Shown: positions 39,352-52,649, counted from the stretch's first letter. The stretch is DNA of 64,000 bases from Octopus vulgaris (GCA_951406725.2 OX597815.1:16306001-16370000); one strand, 5' to 3'. Numbers and translations are program-made. The notes: generated by a model from the sequence alone, not told the origin.

Positions 39352-39609
39352 CTAAAAGTAAACAAAACAGAAGACGTGAATAGACAATCACAATAGTTTG
39401 AGCACAACTTGATGAAAAAGATATCAAAACTGGTCGACAGGATTAAATAGAATTATTACTATAATCATCGAAACTAGAATTTAAATTGGTTTTTTTTTAC
39501 ATTAGTATACAGAAGCTGGATCAGCTTCACTGACTCAATGGAGGGGAGCACAATTTTCTATATTTCAAAATAAAGGATTTAGCACAGTGATTTTCAACCT
39601 CTTTTAATA

Positions 39610-40055
39610 ATAATGAAATTATTGTATACAGTGCTCAGGTGCACCACAGCTTGTCAGAAAGTGCGTATAAAGCATATGCAGTAATGTACAAATGTCTGGG
39701 AAGCGAACAGTGTATGAGTCAGATACATGCTTGCGTGTGTATGGAGGGGAGAAAATCAGGTGTAGTGTTGGCGAATCTCAGGAAGCATGGAAGTTTTGAA
39801 AGATGCAGTGCTCCGACAACTAACAACTGATGCCGGCAGTTTGTTCCATGCTTCAGCAACTCTTAGCGTGAAAAAATGTTTCCGAAAGTCATGGGAGCTG
39901 TGCTGTTTTTTGACTTTGTAAACATGTCCACGGGTGTTAGACAGGTGGAGTTTGAAAAGGTGCTCAGAGTTATTGTTTGTAAGATGGTTAATAATGTTAT
40001 GGGTGTCTGCCAAGTCAGCTGCCAGACGTTGGAGTTTCAATGTGTTCATGCGTCG
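39610..40055 (-). mobile_element. CR1-like LINE 3' fragment
   Basis: NTRGHVYKV...RKHFFTLRVAEAWNKLPASVV motif. Confidence 0.85.
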
Positions 40056-40550
40056 GAGTTTTGATACACAGTATACTGAATAAGGCATTGTAATGTTATG
40101 GTGCACCATAGCATCTCTACTCTTCCTCCACTGCCATCAGTGTTACACTTCTCTCAGTCTTCGTAGTATTTTCTCTCACCCCATAAATGCAACTTTCTGA
40201 AATCCTATCCCCGGCTACATACAGACCAACAGATGCTCTAACAGAACACTAGCTAAATCAATCTCACTAGTCTTGCAAAAGTGTTTGCAAAAGTGACAGT
40301 CATTGTTATTCTGTCTCTGACCAACTTGCCAAAGCAAAAAGTAATTAATGTCACTTAATTGTTTAGCTGTTAATGTGTACTGGAATCAGATAATGTTACT
40401 GATAAAACGTTGTATAAAACAGACAATATTATAAAGAGATTAACGGAATTGCTTAGTTTTAAGATATACATTTACAAAAAACGAACCAGATTTGGTTTAC
40501 AGAAATACATAGAAATGGAAATATAAATAAAGTACTGGAAAATAACAAAC

Positions 40551-40630
40551 CATAAAAGCCATCTTCTCAGTAAAATGTGAGATGCCACTTGGGTAAGCCA
40601 CTTCATATCGAGAGCCAGAGTTTATAACCA
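40551..40630 (-). CDS. PMPCA: PMPCA exon 3 (VINSGSRYEVAYPSGISHFTEKMAFM)
   Basis: CAG/GT, 80 nt; GSRYE and HFxEK motifs. Confidence 0.95.
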
Positions 40631-41102
40631 CTGTAGAACAAAAAGAACACTTAATAACACTACAATGATACAGGGCTTTATACAATGAAGATCTTGATTG
40701 TGTACTATTGAAGGAATAAGGCTCCTATAGCAGAGTATTGTATGAGATTTCGCCAACTGAGAACTAGAGAACTAGCAACAAGTTAACAAGAGAGCCTTTA
40801 CATTATCACTTGCTCTTCTAGAAACAGCAGCCAAATATGTCTCGTGTCATGTCCTATTGTCTTAAGAAAAGGGAGGACACACTGGACAATGTAGTCTGCA
40901 TAAATCATAGCACGAATGTCATTGATCAGAGGCCAGCTCAGTCAAAGACAACTTGGAGCTGGACAATAATAACAACTGGTTATAAACACACCAGGGAACA
41001 ATATATTAGCAAAGTAAAGAGAACATGTTTTTTTAATAAAAAAAAAAAAAATGGGAGAGAATGAAAAAGATTAAGGTCTGAATGAAATTTGATAATACTC
41101 AC

Positions 41103-41293
41103 CACCAACTGTACAAAACTGACCAAATTTATCTTGAGATGCTACTCGCAGTCCATTGTTCAGAACTGAAACTTTAGTCTCTTGCTTCTCACCTGATACC
41201 CTAGCATATTTCCCATCAGGAACATGAGGCACAGGGGACGATAATGGTATTGTTAAGATATCCTGGCATTTGTTTGACTGGGAAGAAAATGCC
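41103..41293 (-). CDS. PMPCA: PMPCA exon 2 (AFSSQSNK...[26 protein letters not shown])
   Basis: TAG acceptor, GTGAGT donor, 191 nt; LxNGLRVAS motif. Confidence 0.95.
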
Positions 41294-43016
41294 CTAAAAA
41301 TTATTAAAAAAAACATCAAAAACTTATAAGTGGAAACATTTTTACATGTATTGTATCAAAATTTCAAATCTTTTTCATTTGAAAATGAGGCACAACGGCT
41401 TTGAGGAGGAACTGCTTGACTAAGGAACACATTGATCAGGATTCAATTGCCACCACTGTTACTGCCATAACCACTACCACCTTGTGATGGTGCACAAATT
41501 TCAGTCAGGTTTCACTCTAACTTCTTGGTTAAATTGTTAATGAAAGAAACGGTAACTAACTATATATATAAAAAATTAAAAAATCAACTGTTTCAATTAA
41601 AACCATCCCAGAAATATTAGAGAGGAGAAATATTAAAATTTTGATTTGTTGAAAAGTATTTTGCCTTGTGACTGGAATTTGGAAGATAGTAATTGTGCAA
41701 AAGCATGGCATATATACATCTATGTGTATCATCATCATCGTTTAACTCCGCTTTCCATGCTAGCATGGGCTGGTCGATTTTGACTGAGGGCTGGCGAACC
41801 AGATGGCTGCACCAGGCTCCAATCTTGATCTGGCAGAGTTTCTACAGCTGGATGCCCTTCTTAATGCCAACCACTCCAAGAGTGTAGTGGGTGCTTTTTA
41901 CATGCCACCGGCACGAGGCCAGTCAGGCGGTACTGGCAATGACCTCACTCGAATCTTTTTACACATACCACCGGCACAGGTGCCAGTAAGGCGACATTGG
42001 TAACGATCACGCTCGAATGGTGCACTTTTACGTGCCACCAGCACAGAGCCAGTTGGCTGCTCTGGCAACGATCACGCTCGGATGGTGCTCTTGGCACCCT
42101 ACTAGCATGGGCACAAGTGCCAGTAAGGCGACACTGGTAACAATCACTCAAATGGTGCTCTTTTATGTGCCACTGGCACGGAAACCGGTTAGCCGCTCTG
42201 TCAACGATCACCCTCGTATGATGCTCTTTGCACCTCGCTAGCACGGATGCCAGTCGTCGAAATGACAAAAGAACAGGAGTGAAACAACTATGCTAAGAAG
42301 CAGTGATTATGTAACTCCTGTTCTTTAGTCATTCATCAATTGATTCGATAGTCTGTAGTCTAATACTTTACCCTAAAGCATAAGTATATTGATCTGATTA
42401 CTAGTATCACTGTGCCTAAGTGAAGTCATAAAATATATATTTAGTTGGAGGAATGGGTGTGTGGTTAAGAAGGTTACGAACCCAACCACATGGCTTTGGG
42501 TGCAGTACCACTATGTGTCACCTTGGGCAAATGTCCTATAGCAATGGGTCGACCAGAGCCTTGTGAATGGACTTGGTAGATGGAAGCTGAAAGAAGCTTG
42601 TTGTATTTATATTATTTTTATATGTATATTAATATATATGCCAGTGGCATGTAAAAAGCACCCACTACACTCATGGAGTGGTTGGCGTTAGGAAGAGCAT
42701 CCAGCTGTAAAAACACTGTCAGATCAGACTGGGCCTGGTGCAGCCTTCTGGCTTCCCAGACCCTGGTCGAACCGTCCAACCCATGCTAGCATGGAAAACG
42801 GACGTTAAATTTTAGTTGAATGAATCAACCCCAGTACTTTTTTTGGGAGGGTCCCTTGCCAACCCGCTAAGTTACAGGCATGTAAACACACCAACACTGG
42901 TAGTCAAGTGGTGGTGAAGGACAAACACAGATATACACACATAAATATTATTATTATTATTATCTGTCTGTCTTCCTGCCTCCATGCATGTACACACACA
43001 CACACACACATATACT

Positions 43017-43402
43017 TTTACTTGTTTCAGTCATTTGACTGCGGCCATGCTGGAGCACCGCCTTTAGTCGAGCAAATCGACCCCGGGACTTATTCTTTGT
43101 AAGCCCAGTACTTATTCTATCGGTCTCTTTTGCCGAACCGCTAAGAGACGGGGACGTAAACACACCAGCATCGGTTGTCAAGCAATGCTAGGAGGACAAA
43201 CACAGACACACAAACATATACACACACTTATACATATATACGACAGGCTTCTTTCAGTTTCCGTCTACCAAATCCACTCACAAGGCATTGGTCGGCCCGG
43301 GGCTATAGTAGAAGACACTTGCCCAAGATGCCACGCAGTGGGACTGAACCCGGAACCATGTGGTTGGTTAGCAAGCTACTTACCACACAGCCACTCCTGC
43401 GC
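43017..43402 (-). mobile_element. Full-length tRNA-derived SINE
   Basis: Same family as 24680-25063. Confidence 0.85.
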
Positions 43403-44541
43403 TTATATAAAATTTCAGAGACTAGCTTTTGAGCCAACTGTACATAATACTATAAGTAGATTAATACATAAATGGGAAAAAATAATATTGATTTATAGTC
43501 ATTATTTATTTACAAGATGGTACCAAATTAATTTTGGTAAAGCAGTTTCTATTTTGGCCATCGCACACTTCTCTGTAGAATTATCACACTTTGATTACTA
43601 AATTTTTTTACCTAAAAATTGTTAGTAATGTCTGTAAAAGATTATTGTAATAGTATGTTACCTATCAACTATTTTCTGTTTACGTTTTTCGTATTCCGCA
43701 AATGACCTTGGGAAAAGCATGCAGAGCACAACTTCACACCTCTCGGTCATAAACCCTTGGAGAACCATTATAGTTATTAATTAATGATGGGAGATTAAAC
43801 GACCAGTTTTATATGTAATTAAAAATGAACAAAATATTGTAAATCAAATAAAAAAAAAAAGGGTCAAACTAAAAGGGTCTGACCCGGTCATAAACACCTA
43901 TACACTTTTTTTTGTTTTGTTGGGTGGGAAGATTCGAGTAGAAGTGAAATAAAAATTGCAAACGAGTTGTGTTTTTTAATTACAGATCGAATTATGTAAA
44001 TATAACTATGTACATCCGAGACGGTTGTCATCTCTCACTCGCAGTCTTTTTCATATTTTAGAAGCAACGAAATACAAGTAGCAGCTGTAATTAACGAAAA
44101 ATAGTAAACAGACGTAACCAAAACCTTGTCTTCGGTGAATGACATTGCTAATGATAATAATGATAATAAAACAAGTGTGATAGCCTCAAAGCGATCGCCC
44201 TATCTGCTAGAAATAGCAGCCAGATGTTCCTAAAATGAGATCTTATAAAGGACAGGATAGTTCCGACTGGATTATCTTTAATCACAGTCAAGGCTAAACT
44301 CGTTAAGTTTCAACAACACCAGCGGGAGTCTCTGAAATCGTACGAACAGCTAGAAATAACAGCTAACACTCCTCTCAAATCATTTACCCTCACCGTCTTA
44401 AATCATAAAGACTATTTTGAACGATGTACTCCGAGGGGTACACAAAGACGAGATGGTCATGACTGGTAAGAAAAAAAGACATGTATAAATGTGTATACCT
44501 ATATATAAAGTTACGAAGAGAAAAAAATAGGCTGATCTCAC

Positions 44542-44603
44542 CTAAAAAGTGATCTGGAAGGAGGAAATTTGGTGGCCAACAAATAAGCATGCTTAGCAGC
44601 CAT
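44542..44603 (-). CDS. PMPCA: PMPCA exon 1 (MAAKHAYLLATKFPPSRSLF; mitochondrial presequence)
   Basis: ATG at 44603, donor GTGAGA, 62 nt. Phase 2 matches exon 2; basic peptide with no acidic residues. Confidence 0.8.
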
Positions 44604-45249
44604 GATCGAGACTGCCGTAAATCGAGTCGTGTCCTTGTCCGCTTTTACTATCGTTAATTAAGACGGAACTGTTAAATAGTGAAACTTTAAGTTTTATAAG
44701 AATTTTAGAATAAATTTATGCTTTAAATAAAGATCATTTTTGATAAAAAAACGCTTTGTGTATGAGATAATTATATTTTTAGATTATTATGCTACAGCTG
44801 TAAATGTACGATAACATGAATGAGAACATATCCACTTGATCACTCAACCTGCTAGAAATAGCAGCTAAATCACCTTTGAAAGACATGATGTCGTTTGAAA
44901 GAGCGAAGACTTTGGAAAAGATGGAAAGTGTAGTCTAGAATAAAGATAGGGTGAGTCATTGTTAGAATGTCTTTGATCGAAAGACTTCTCTAAGGTTTAA
45001 ACAATCACTGTAACAGCTGTTATGTTACAAACCTTACCCGTGGGTGGTGCCCTTGGAAAATCTAAGGGTGACAAATATTCAGTTTTGAAATGGATTATTT
45101 GAATAAAATTCATACTCCTTTTTTTTTAAATTTTAATAATAATAACAACAACAACAACAAGAACAACAACAATAACAATGATGTTTTCTTCAATTAACTC
45201 CTAAGAATTGATAAAAATATTGCAGACAGTACAGGTCACTACAGTGTCC

Positions 45250-47125
45250 TACTTGTTGTCCATGCTTAGAAATGACCAGTTCATTCTGACTAAGCTCGCT
45301 ATTCTCACCCCCCCCCCCCACAACAACCTTTCAACAAATTTACTTGCAGATAGCACTTCATTTTCTATGCTCACTTTCCTTTTTAAGTAAAACTTGATGG
45401 TGGGGGATTGGCCAAAGAGGAGCATGTCTTTAGTCCTTTTAAGCTGATCAACCACGCAACACTCTTTTGCTATAGCCATCTGACTGATAAACACAGACTG
45501 CTGATTGTCCTCAGCCAAAGGAAAGCAGCGGATGGATCTTCACAATGGACTCAACCGACAGCCCAAACTGTTCTACTCATGACAGCAAGTGTTCAACATA
45601 ACTGTGGGATGACGTCAGCAGCTGGGGAGCTGACCAGAACTTGGGGTTGACCGCAAGAGGAAGGGACAGGAGTGACGTGTGCGCAGACAGGGGAACATTG
45701 GGCCTTTTTCGCTCGGGGTAGCCGACTGGGCTGGGCGTGTGAGCGCTTCGACAAGGTAAAGGAAAAGCAGCAACTATTTTTAGTGTTCGGGTCGGGCCAC
45801 GTGGAAGGATGCATTACCGCCGGGGAGGTCTGCATCGACGAAGAGAAGATTGGTATCTTTACTTCAAATCTCCCGCATACACCATAATAACTAAGTCAGC
45901 AATACTGGGGCACTGGGTGAATGCATGCAGAACAGTTTCGTCGCTCTGAGCGAATCGTGGTCAGACTCGGCTGATGGCACTTTTGTGCCTGTAGAATTTA
46001 TTTTCAGCCAGCTATGGGTTTCTGGTAAATATCCTTGGGCACCGGCTCAAAAGTCTTCCAGAGCAGACCAGCCAGTTGGTCTTCATCGACTCACAGAGTT
46101 TCCCAGAGGGTGTCGTCACTTTTATTCTCCTCTAACCCTTTTAAAAATGCCAATGTGGAATTTCCACCGACCACATTGTCTGACTGGTAGAGGGCTGTGA
46201 GCTCTTGACATCATTCCAGAAACCAAGCGCCCTACCTCGGTTTTTGCTTGACCCAGAACTGTAGCTCTGTCAAAGAGATGAACTGTAGAAAGACTCATTT
46301 GATATACAGTGACCGCACCTATTCACAACCAAGAATTGTTGGATATGTCGCAGCCTTGGCACATGTCTGTGCATCATCAGCCACAGCATACCCAGTCCCC
46401 CACTCAACAGGTGTTGATGGCAAATGGAGCCCCTGACCTGTAGAACATGCTCCTTCTGTAGAAAGTGAAACAGCAGGTGCTCCAGCCTGGTCAGATATAA
46501 AATGAGGCAAGGTACAATAGTCTGGACATAATACATCACAGAAGCGTTGTAAGCATTCGCCGCCTCCAGCCGACCTTTCAGGGATAGCTTTCTTTGAACC
46601 TATTTCTGAGTGAGACTGACCAACCTGCTCATCCCAGTTTCTCTCCACTTGGAGATCTAAACCAAATCAGATCTGGAGAAATTTAACCACTCCATCCGTC
46701 CGGAGTCCTACAACATTGTTGGATGGCATGCACGTGTTTCTTCAGGTGCCCAGCCACGGAACTATTAATTTTCTTTCTTGATTTTTGCAGTACTGATCAC
46801 TTTGATGTGTCTGGTATCCAACACTCTGACGGTGACAAAATGTCAACTCATGTTGTCACGACTCTTTCGCATCCTAGTTCGTGTGACATTCCCCTTCAGT
46901 GTGTTTGGTTTCCGCAATAGTGGCTCAAGAGCCATTGCATACAGAAGAAATGAGAAGGGACAACTTTGACGGACTCAGTTTATAATACGGAAAGGTTCCA
47001 ATAGGTGACCATTCACTCTAACTGCCGAACAGATGTCGTTGAACGTTGTGGTGATTCTGTCGAAAAAAACCGTACCGAAAGCAACTGACGCGAGGACAAG
47101 TATTGGTGGTCGACTCTATAACATA
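45250..47125 (-). mobile_element. Decayed Tx1/L1-clade LINE ORF2 (reverse transcriptase and C-terminal region)
   Basis: Frameshifted RVDHQYL, VRQSCPFS..LYAMALEPLL, LSLKGRLEAAN and LSGGLGM motifs. Confidence 0.75.
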
Positions 47126-47262
47126 TATCTTGAGGTTGAGTTTGTTGTGGATAGATCTTTAGATGGTGCAGGTCGTTATGAGCCACCTAAAATGACTCAG
47201 AAGGCTGTAATTTTGTTGGTAGTAAACCCGGATGAAAAACATATACAAGCTCTCTTTACTCT

Positions 47263-47622
47263 TTTACTTGTTTCAGTCATTTGACTGTGGCCATGCTGGA
47301 GCACCGCCTTTAGTCGAGCAAATCGACCCCGGGACTTATTCTTTGTAAGCCCAGTACTTATTCTATCGGTCTCTTTTGCCGAACCGCTAAGTGACAGGGA
47401 CATAAACACACCAGCATCAGTTGTCAAGCAATGCTAGGGGACAAACATATACATATATACGACAGGCTTCTTTCAGTTTCCGTCTACCAAATCCACTCAC
47501 AAGGCTTTGGTCGGCCCGGGGCTATAGCAGAAGACACTTGCCCAAGATGCCATGCAGTGGGACTGAACCTGGAACCATGTGGTTGGTTAGCAAGCTACTT
47601 ACCACACAGCCACTCCTGTGCC
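47263..47622 (-). mobile_element. tRNA-derived SINE
   Basis: Same family as 24680-25063. Confidence 0.85.
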
Positions 47623-48434
47623 TTACAAGCGAGGTTGTAACTTAAATACAATTATTTTGGCCACACGTATATACACAGTGGAATGATAAAAGGAATGGTT
47701 GGTGTGTAAAGGCCATGGTCTTCTGTGCTATACTCCTATCTGCTAGCTGGTGGGTGTTGAGAGAGGCTAGATCACATCTTTACAGTTCGAGGTCCCAGTG
47801 CAGAAAGAGATAAGGTCACGTTTCTGAACCTAAATGTTGTGTAACACCCTCTATCTCTGTATAGCCAGCTTGATGTCTAGAAACTCACACCTCAACATCC
47901 ATGTCGTCTAATTTTCTTGAATATTCCTGCTCACTTTATATATCTATACATATACATGCATGCATAATTGCAGTGTAGTGTTCAGTTGATTTGACCTCTT
48001 TTTATATCAAAACTATTTTTATACTTCACGAATTTTGAGAATTAGATTCTCCTCGTCGAGGTCTTTCATTAGAGCTTAAACAGAATAACCTATTTTAAAA
48101 TTAACAGAGATATGAACGTTTTAAGATGACACTAGGTGTTACTCTTATTCCGATTCGACCAATTTTCGTCCCATAAATTTTTCCAACTGCATCAATTTTG
48201 ATGCGGTGTTTTGAATTTGATTCCAGTTATTGGGATATTTCACTTAAGCTAAAGTATACTTAACCTTCCCTTATAAAATCTCAGATTTATGATGGTTAAA
48301 TACTGCCCTTTTTAGTGCAAAAATGGTTGCGATAAAATTTAATTCAACTAATTGTGACATAAAGTAGAATTTACATTTCTATTTATATTCACTGGAAACA
48401 TTCAAATACTCATTGGAGTGAAATAGTTACCATA

Positions 48435-48834
48435 GGTGCAGGAGTGGCTGTGTGGTAAGTAGCTTGCTTACCAATCACATGGTTCTGGGTTCATTCCCAC
48501 TGGGTGGCAACTTGGGCATGTGTCTTCTACTATAGCCTTGGGCCGACCAAAGCCTTGTGAGTGGATTTGGTAGACAGAAACTGAAAGAAGCCCATCATAT
48601 ATATATGTATAAATGTATGTATGTGTGTGTATATGTTTATGTGTCTGTGTTTGTGCCCCCAACATTGCTTGACAACCGATGCTGGTGTGTTTACGTCCCC
48701 ATAACTTAGCGGTTCGGCAAAAGGGACCGATAGAATAAGTACTAGGCTTACAAAGAATAAGTCCTGGGGTCGATTTGCTCGACTAAATGCGGTGCTCCAG
48801 CATGGCCGCAGTCAAATGACTGAAACAAGTAAAA
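48435..48834 (+). mobile_element. tRNA-derived SINE
   Basis: Same family as 24680-25063, opposite orientation, (GA)n tail. Confidence 0.85.
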
Positions 48835-48982
48835 GAGAGAGAGAGAGAGAGGGGGTAGAATTTACTGTTAATGATTTATAGTTAAATAAAATTTATAGTT
48901 AAAAGGGAATGAAATAATTTAGAAAGCATAAAGGAAAAAAAAAGAAAAAGAAAATAATGTTAAATTAAAATTACATCCCTAA

Positions 48983-49292
48983 TCTTTATATATAAAACTT
49001 AAGTTGTGTGTGTGAGAGTCTGTCTACACCGATTTAGATTCCTAACTACTCCCACATTTTGCGGTGCAGTTTAACCAAAAGCGGATATCTTATAGTCGTG
49101 ATTCATATCGAGCCCTTCTGGGTATTAGCACGCGTCTACGATGAGTCTACGATTAAAAAAAAAATTTACCATCATTTTTTCCCATTTTTAATGCATTTTT
49201 TACTCGGTTTTATATAAGGAAAGTAACTCTCTAAAAATGCTTATATAGTTATTTCCCTTACAAACCCGAGCAACGCCGGGCGATACTGCTAG
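48983..49292 (+). mobile_element. Non-autonomous Helitron
   Basis: A|TCTTTATATATAAAA 5' end, subterminal GC hairpin CCCG...CGGG, 3' CTAG|T. Confidence 0.8.
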
Positions 49293-49914
49293 TGATAATT
49301 TAAAAAATAGTGATAATCCTTATTAAGATAATTGAGGGCAGCAGCTTAAGAAGTCAAGCTGGTTATAAATCGAACAGAGCTTGTTTTGCGATCTTTGGTA
49401 ATTTCATTTTAATTCTTTATAAACTTCGTCAACGATTGAAATTCTTGCTTAGGATCTTTTCTGTTTGGCTCCCAAGATTAAAAAAATTTTTAATTTGGTA
49501 CATTAATGTACTTTTCCAAGCTGAATTACTGGAGCTATTTTCCAGAAAACTATTAAAGTTATAGACGTTTAAAGTTTGATAATTTTTCATCCAGTTAGGA
49601 AACAGGATTTGGGAGCAGTCATTTTCATCATGACTATGTCAACATTCTGAAAATAGCCCGTATTGTCAATATTTGTATTTTACATGCGGAAAACGAATTA
49701 ACAACACGTCTTTTGTAATTTTAAGCATTCAATATGCATTTAATGTGATAAACAGCACATTATAAATAGAAAATTTTTAAAAAACAAACATTTTGTTGAC
49801 CTAAACTACATATCTTTTGTAGTTTTAATTATTCAATATGCATTTAATGTGATAAACAACATATTACAGATTAAATAGTTGGTTTGGCTGCCAGCATTTC
49901 AAAAATTAAAGTTT

Positions 49915-50400
49915 ATCGAAAATTTTAAAAGCCAAGTACAATGGCTTACTTTTGGCCAAGTACTTTTCCTGCAGCTGTCTCACTAGGAAAATGGCATCTG
50001 TGGTATTCTTCCCAGGCAAGAGATCAAACTGCATCTCATCTAGCTTAAATCTATTCCTAATCAATTGAGCTATAAGTCTCTCTGTAACTTTCATGACCTG
50101 GTCCAGCAATTTGATACTTCTGTAGTTGTTTCTGACTAAGGCATCACCTTTACTGCTGTAGCAGCCAACTATATATAATATGACTATACCAGTCACTGGG
50201 GATGACACCTTCTTGAATAACCTGATTAACTATACGAGTGAGTAGGTTGATATTTTAATCATGTCGGTAGTGATTCCTGATAGTCCAGGGGCTTTCCTTG
50301 TCTTCTTAATTGTCTTATCTATTATACTACTGTCAATTCTGATGGCTGGTCCCTCAGTTGGTTCAATATTTGAGAGAAATTCAATTCTTTTCCCAAGTAA
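49915..50400 (-). mobile_element. Decayed RTE reverse-transcriptase fragment
   Basis: NYRSIKLLDQVMKVTER...MQF..LPGKNTTDAIFLVRQLQEKY motif. Confidence 0.85.
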
Positions 50401-50899
50401 ATTGCCCTTCATATTCAAGGTTCTGATGATGCTTTAAGGTGTTACTCAGGCACTCAACTATGAGTCCACTGAATCTTTTAGCAGAAACTGCTGTAAGCTA
50501 ATGAAGTTCATATGATAATCGATTATTCCTTTGATATCTCATTTTCTTATTACTGCACTGTACTCGACCAACGCTTTGTTCTGAAGCTTATGTATATTGA
50601 GTTCTACACCAGAGTTTTAGTCTGGCGAGGCTTAAGCGAAATCATCATCATCATTGTCGTTTAACGTCTGCTTTCCATGCTAGCATGGGTTAGACGGTTT
50701 GACTGTGGGCTGGCGAACCAGATGGCTGCACCAGGCTCCAGTCTTGATCTGGCAGAGTATCTACAGCTGGATGCCCTTCCTAACGCCAACCACTCCGAGA
50801 GTGTAGTGAAATATTAAATACATATATACATGATGGCCGTCCATTCGTGATCCGAGGAAGACCATTGCGGCGAAAGTAAAGAATACGTACACCCGGTGT

Positions 50900-50955
50900 T
50901 TAGAGTTTGGGTTAGGGTTAGGGATTAGAGTTAGGGTTTAGGGTTAGGGTCAGGG
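50900..50955 (+). repeat. Degenerate interstitial (TTAGGG)n tract
   Basis: About 9 imperfect hexamers. Confidence 0.75.
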
Positions 50956-51511
50956 TTTTTGTTATGCTGAAAACGAGTAGTATGGTTATTCTTCACCTCC
51001 GCTGACCATTGCTGACCTTTAAGAACATTGTGCGCTTGGGACTATACATACATACAGACATATATAAAAACACACACTCTCAGACCTACCTGCCTACATA
51101 CATACACACATACATACATACATACACACACACTGTTCGCTTTCCAGGCATTTGTACATTACTGCATATACTTTATACGCACTTTTGACAAGTTGTGGTG
51201 CACCTGAGCACTGTATACAATAATTTCATTATTATACATAGACAGACAGACTGACACGAAACTACGGTTTCTTTGATAACAGCAACACAATTTTCATATC
51301 TTTATGATACTCTGGTTTCAAATTTTGTCAAAGTCGTCTTAAACTTTTGTCGTTCCCATGAAATTTTTAACCAGATTCAGTCTTTGGGTTAATAGTGTTG
51401 TTTACTCATAATGCGAAGTGAATTTTGACGAAAGCAAAAGTATGTTGACCAATTCCAAACGAATGATAGTTAAGTGTTAATATATTTGATGCAGGAAGCA
51501 TAAAAAAAGTT

Positions 51512-51914
51512 GGGATCTTTTCGGTTTGAACGGCAGTTTTTTCTAGCAGTGTCATATGAAATTGTCACCCATAATTATGACCCTAGTATCGATCTATTGC
51601 ATTTCAATCTGTTTTAGGGTTAGGTTTAGGGGTGGGGGAAGGGTATTTTTTTCTTCACAAATGTAAATAAACCCAATTTGTTTCTTAAACGAGGGACATA
51701 TTCATAAGGCACAGAATGCGTTCACCTCAATAGACGTCATTGATTGGTTGAAATTGCAGAAATTGAAGAAAAAAAAAAACAAGAAATATCTTACAAACTG
51801 TAGAATTTTCTCTATAAAGCCAAGAGAAAAAGATGTTTTATAAATACATTCTACCAGTATACAAAATACGTGGAAATTATTTTAAAAAACTGCCGGTCAA
51901 ACCGAAAAGATCCA
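51512..51914. mobile_element. MITE with ~28-bp TIRs and a 7-bp TSD
   Basis: GGATCTTTTCGGTTTGAACGGCAGTTTTT / AAAAACTGCCGGTCAAACCGAAAAGATCC; AAAAGTT on both flanks. Confidence 0.8.
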
Positions 51915-52069
51915 AAAAGTTAAGAAATAAAATATGTAGTGAAGAAAAACTAAAAACTAAAATTGATAATCGTATCAATAACTGTAAAAAGTTAAAAAGT
52001 TTTAATTAGGAGAATAAACAAAAACAGCTTGAGTCTAGATACAAAAAAACTAACAGCGTAGGAGAGATT

Positions 52070-52175
52070 ATGGGCATGCGCAGACTCGGTAGCAACCGGG
52101 TTCTTAATAAACAAACAATCGCACTGAGCAAACGAATTTATCAAATGCACATGCGCAGGCTTCCCTAGCAACGGC
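52070..52175 (+). promoter_or_regulatory. RSPH9 proximal promoter: two RFX X-box-like sites, a forkhead-like site and two NRF1-like motifs
   Basis: GACTCGGTAGCAAC (52083-52096), GCTTCCCTAGCAAC (52159-52172), ATAAACAAACA (52107-52117) and CATGCGCAG twice, all within about 150 bp of the ATG of a motile-cilia gene. Confidence 0.6.
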
Positions 52176-52221
52176 GTGTTCTCTGTTCAGCAATCGTACA
52201 GGTTATTCGAATTTATCAATA

Positions 52222-52454
52222 ATGGATTCAGAAAACCTAATACTGGATATAAATTTTTTTGCTAGCACTGGAATAGTACTGAGTCCTGAACAAAAATCTT
52301 CTCTGCAGTCTTCGTTGACTATTTTGAAGTATGAGAATAAATTTCACAAAGTCTATTTTTGGGGTAAAATTAAAACACTCCGAGGCAGATCTTATTTTAT
52401 CGCTCACGGAGTTTCTCTGGACGAATTTGCTCCGCTCAAGAAATATTTTTATTG
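52222..52454 (+). CDS. RSPH9: RSPH9 exon 1
   Basis: ATG at 52222 (MDSENLILDINFFASTGIVLSPEQK...FWGKIK), donor GTAAGT, 233 nt, phase 2. Confidence 0.93.
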
Positions 52455-52649
52455 GTAAGTTCCTGTATTCTAAATTCTTCATGATTAACAGATGTCTAAA
52501 TGATAATTTTTAATTTATTTGTTGTTGTTGCATATACAAATGACATACATAAGTCCAAAAGTATTAAGAAAACATGTTTAGGATAAAGAAGAAAAAAAAG
52601 CAAATAATGATACAAATAATAATGGTTAAAAATATTAACACAGGGTTAG

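Larger units (their letters stand above)
24429..44603 (-). other. PMPCA: Mitochondrial processing peptidase alpha subunit gene, complete (12 coding exons, 1572 nt, 523 aa)
   Basis: All 12 exons join in frame with GT-AG introns. M16 peptidase features: degenerate HFTEK motif (non-catalytic alpha subunit), glycine-rich loop [21 protein letters not shown]-terminal presequence. Confidence 0.97.

Noticed and set aside
40566-40580. HFTEK instead of the HxxEH zinc motif, read as a loss-of-function change
   Set aside because: Normal for the non-catalytic alpha subunit of MPP.
44124-44145. Alternative PMPCA first exon (MSFTEDK)
   Set aside because: Its phase 0 donor does not match exon 2, and the peptide is acidic. 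The exon at 44542-44603 fits both the phase and a presequence.
45249-47284. Novel gene cluster between PMPCA and RSPH9
   Set aside because: The short ORFs are frameshifted pieces of a Tx1/L1-type reverse transcriptase and their antisense shadows.
50900-50955. True telomere or chromosome fusion site
   Set aside because: Short, degenerate and single-orientation, embedded among repeats between two genes.
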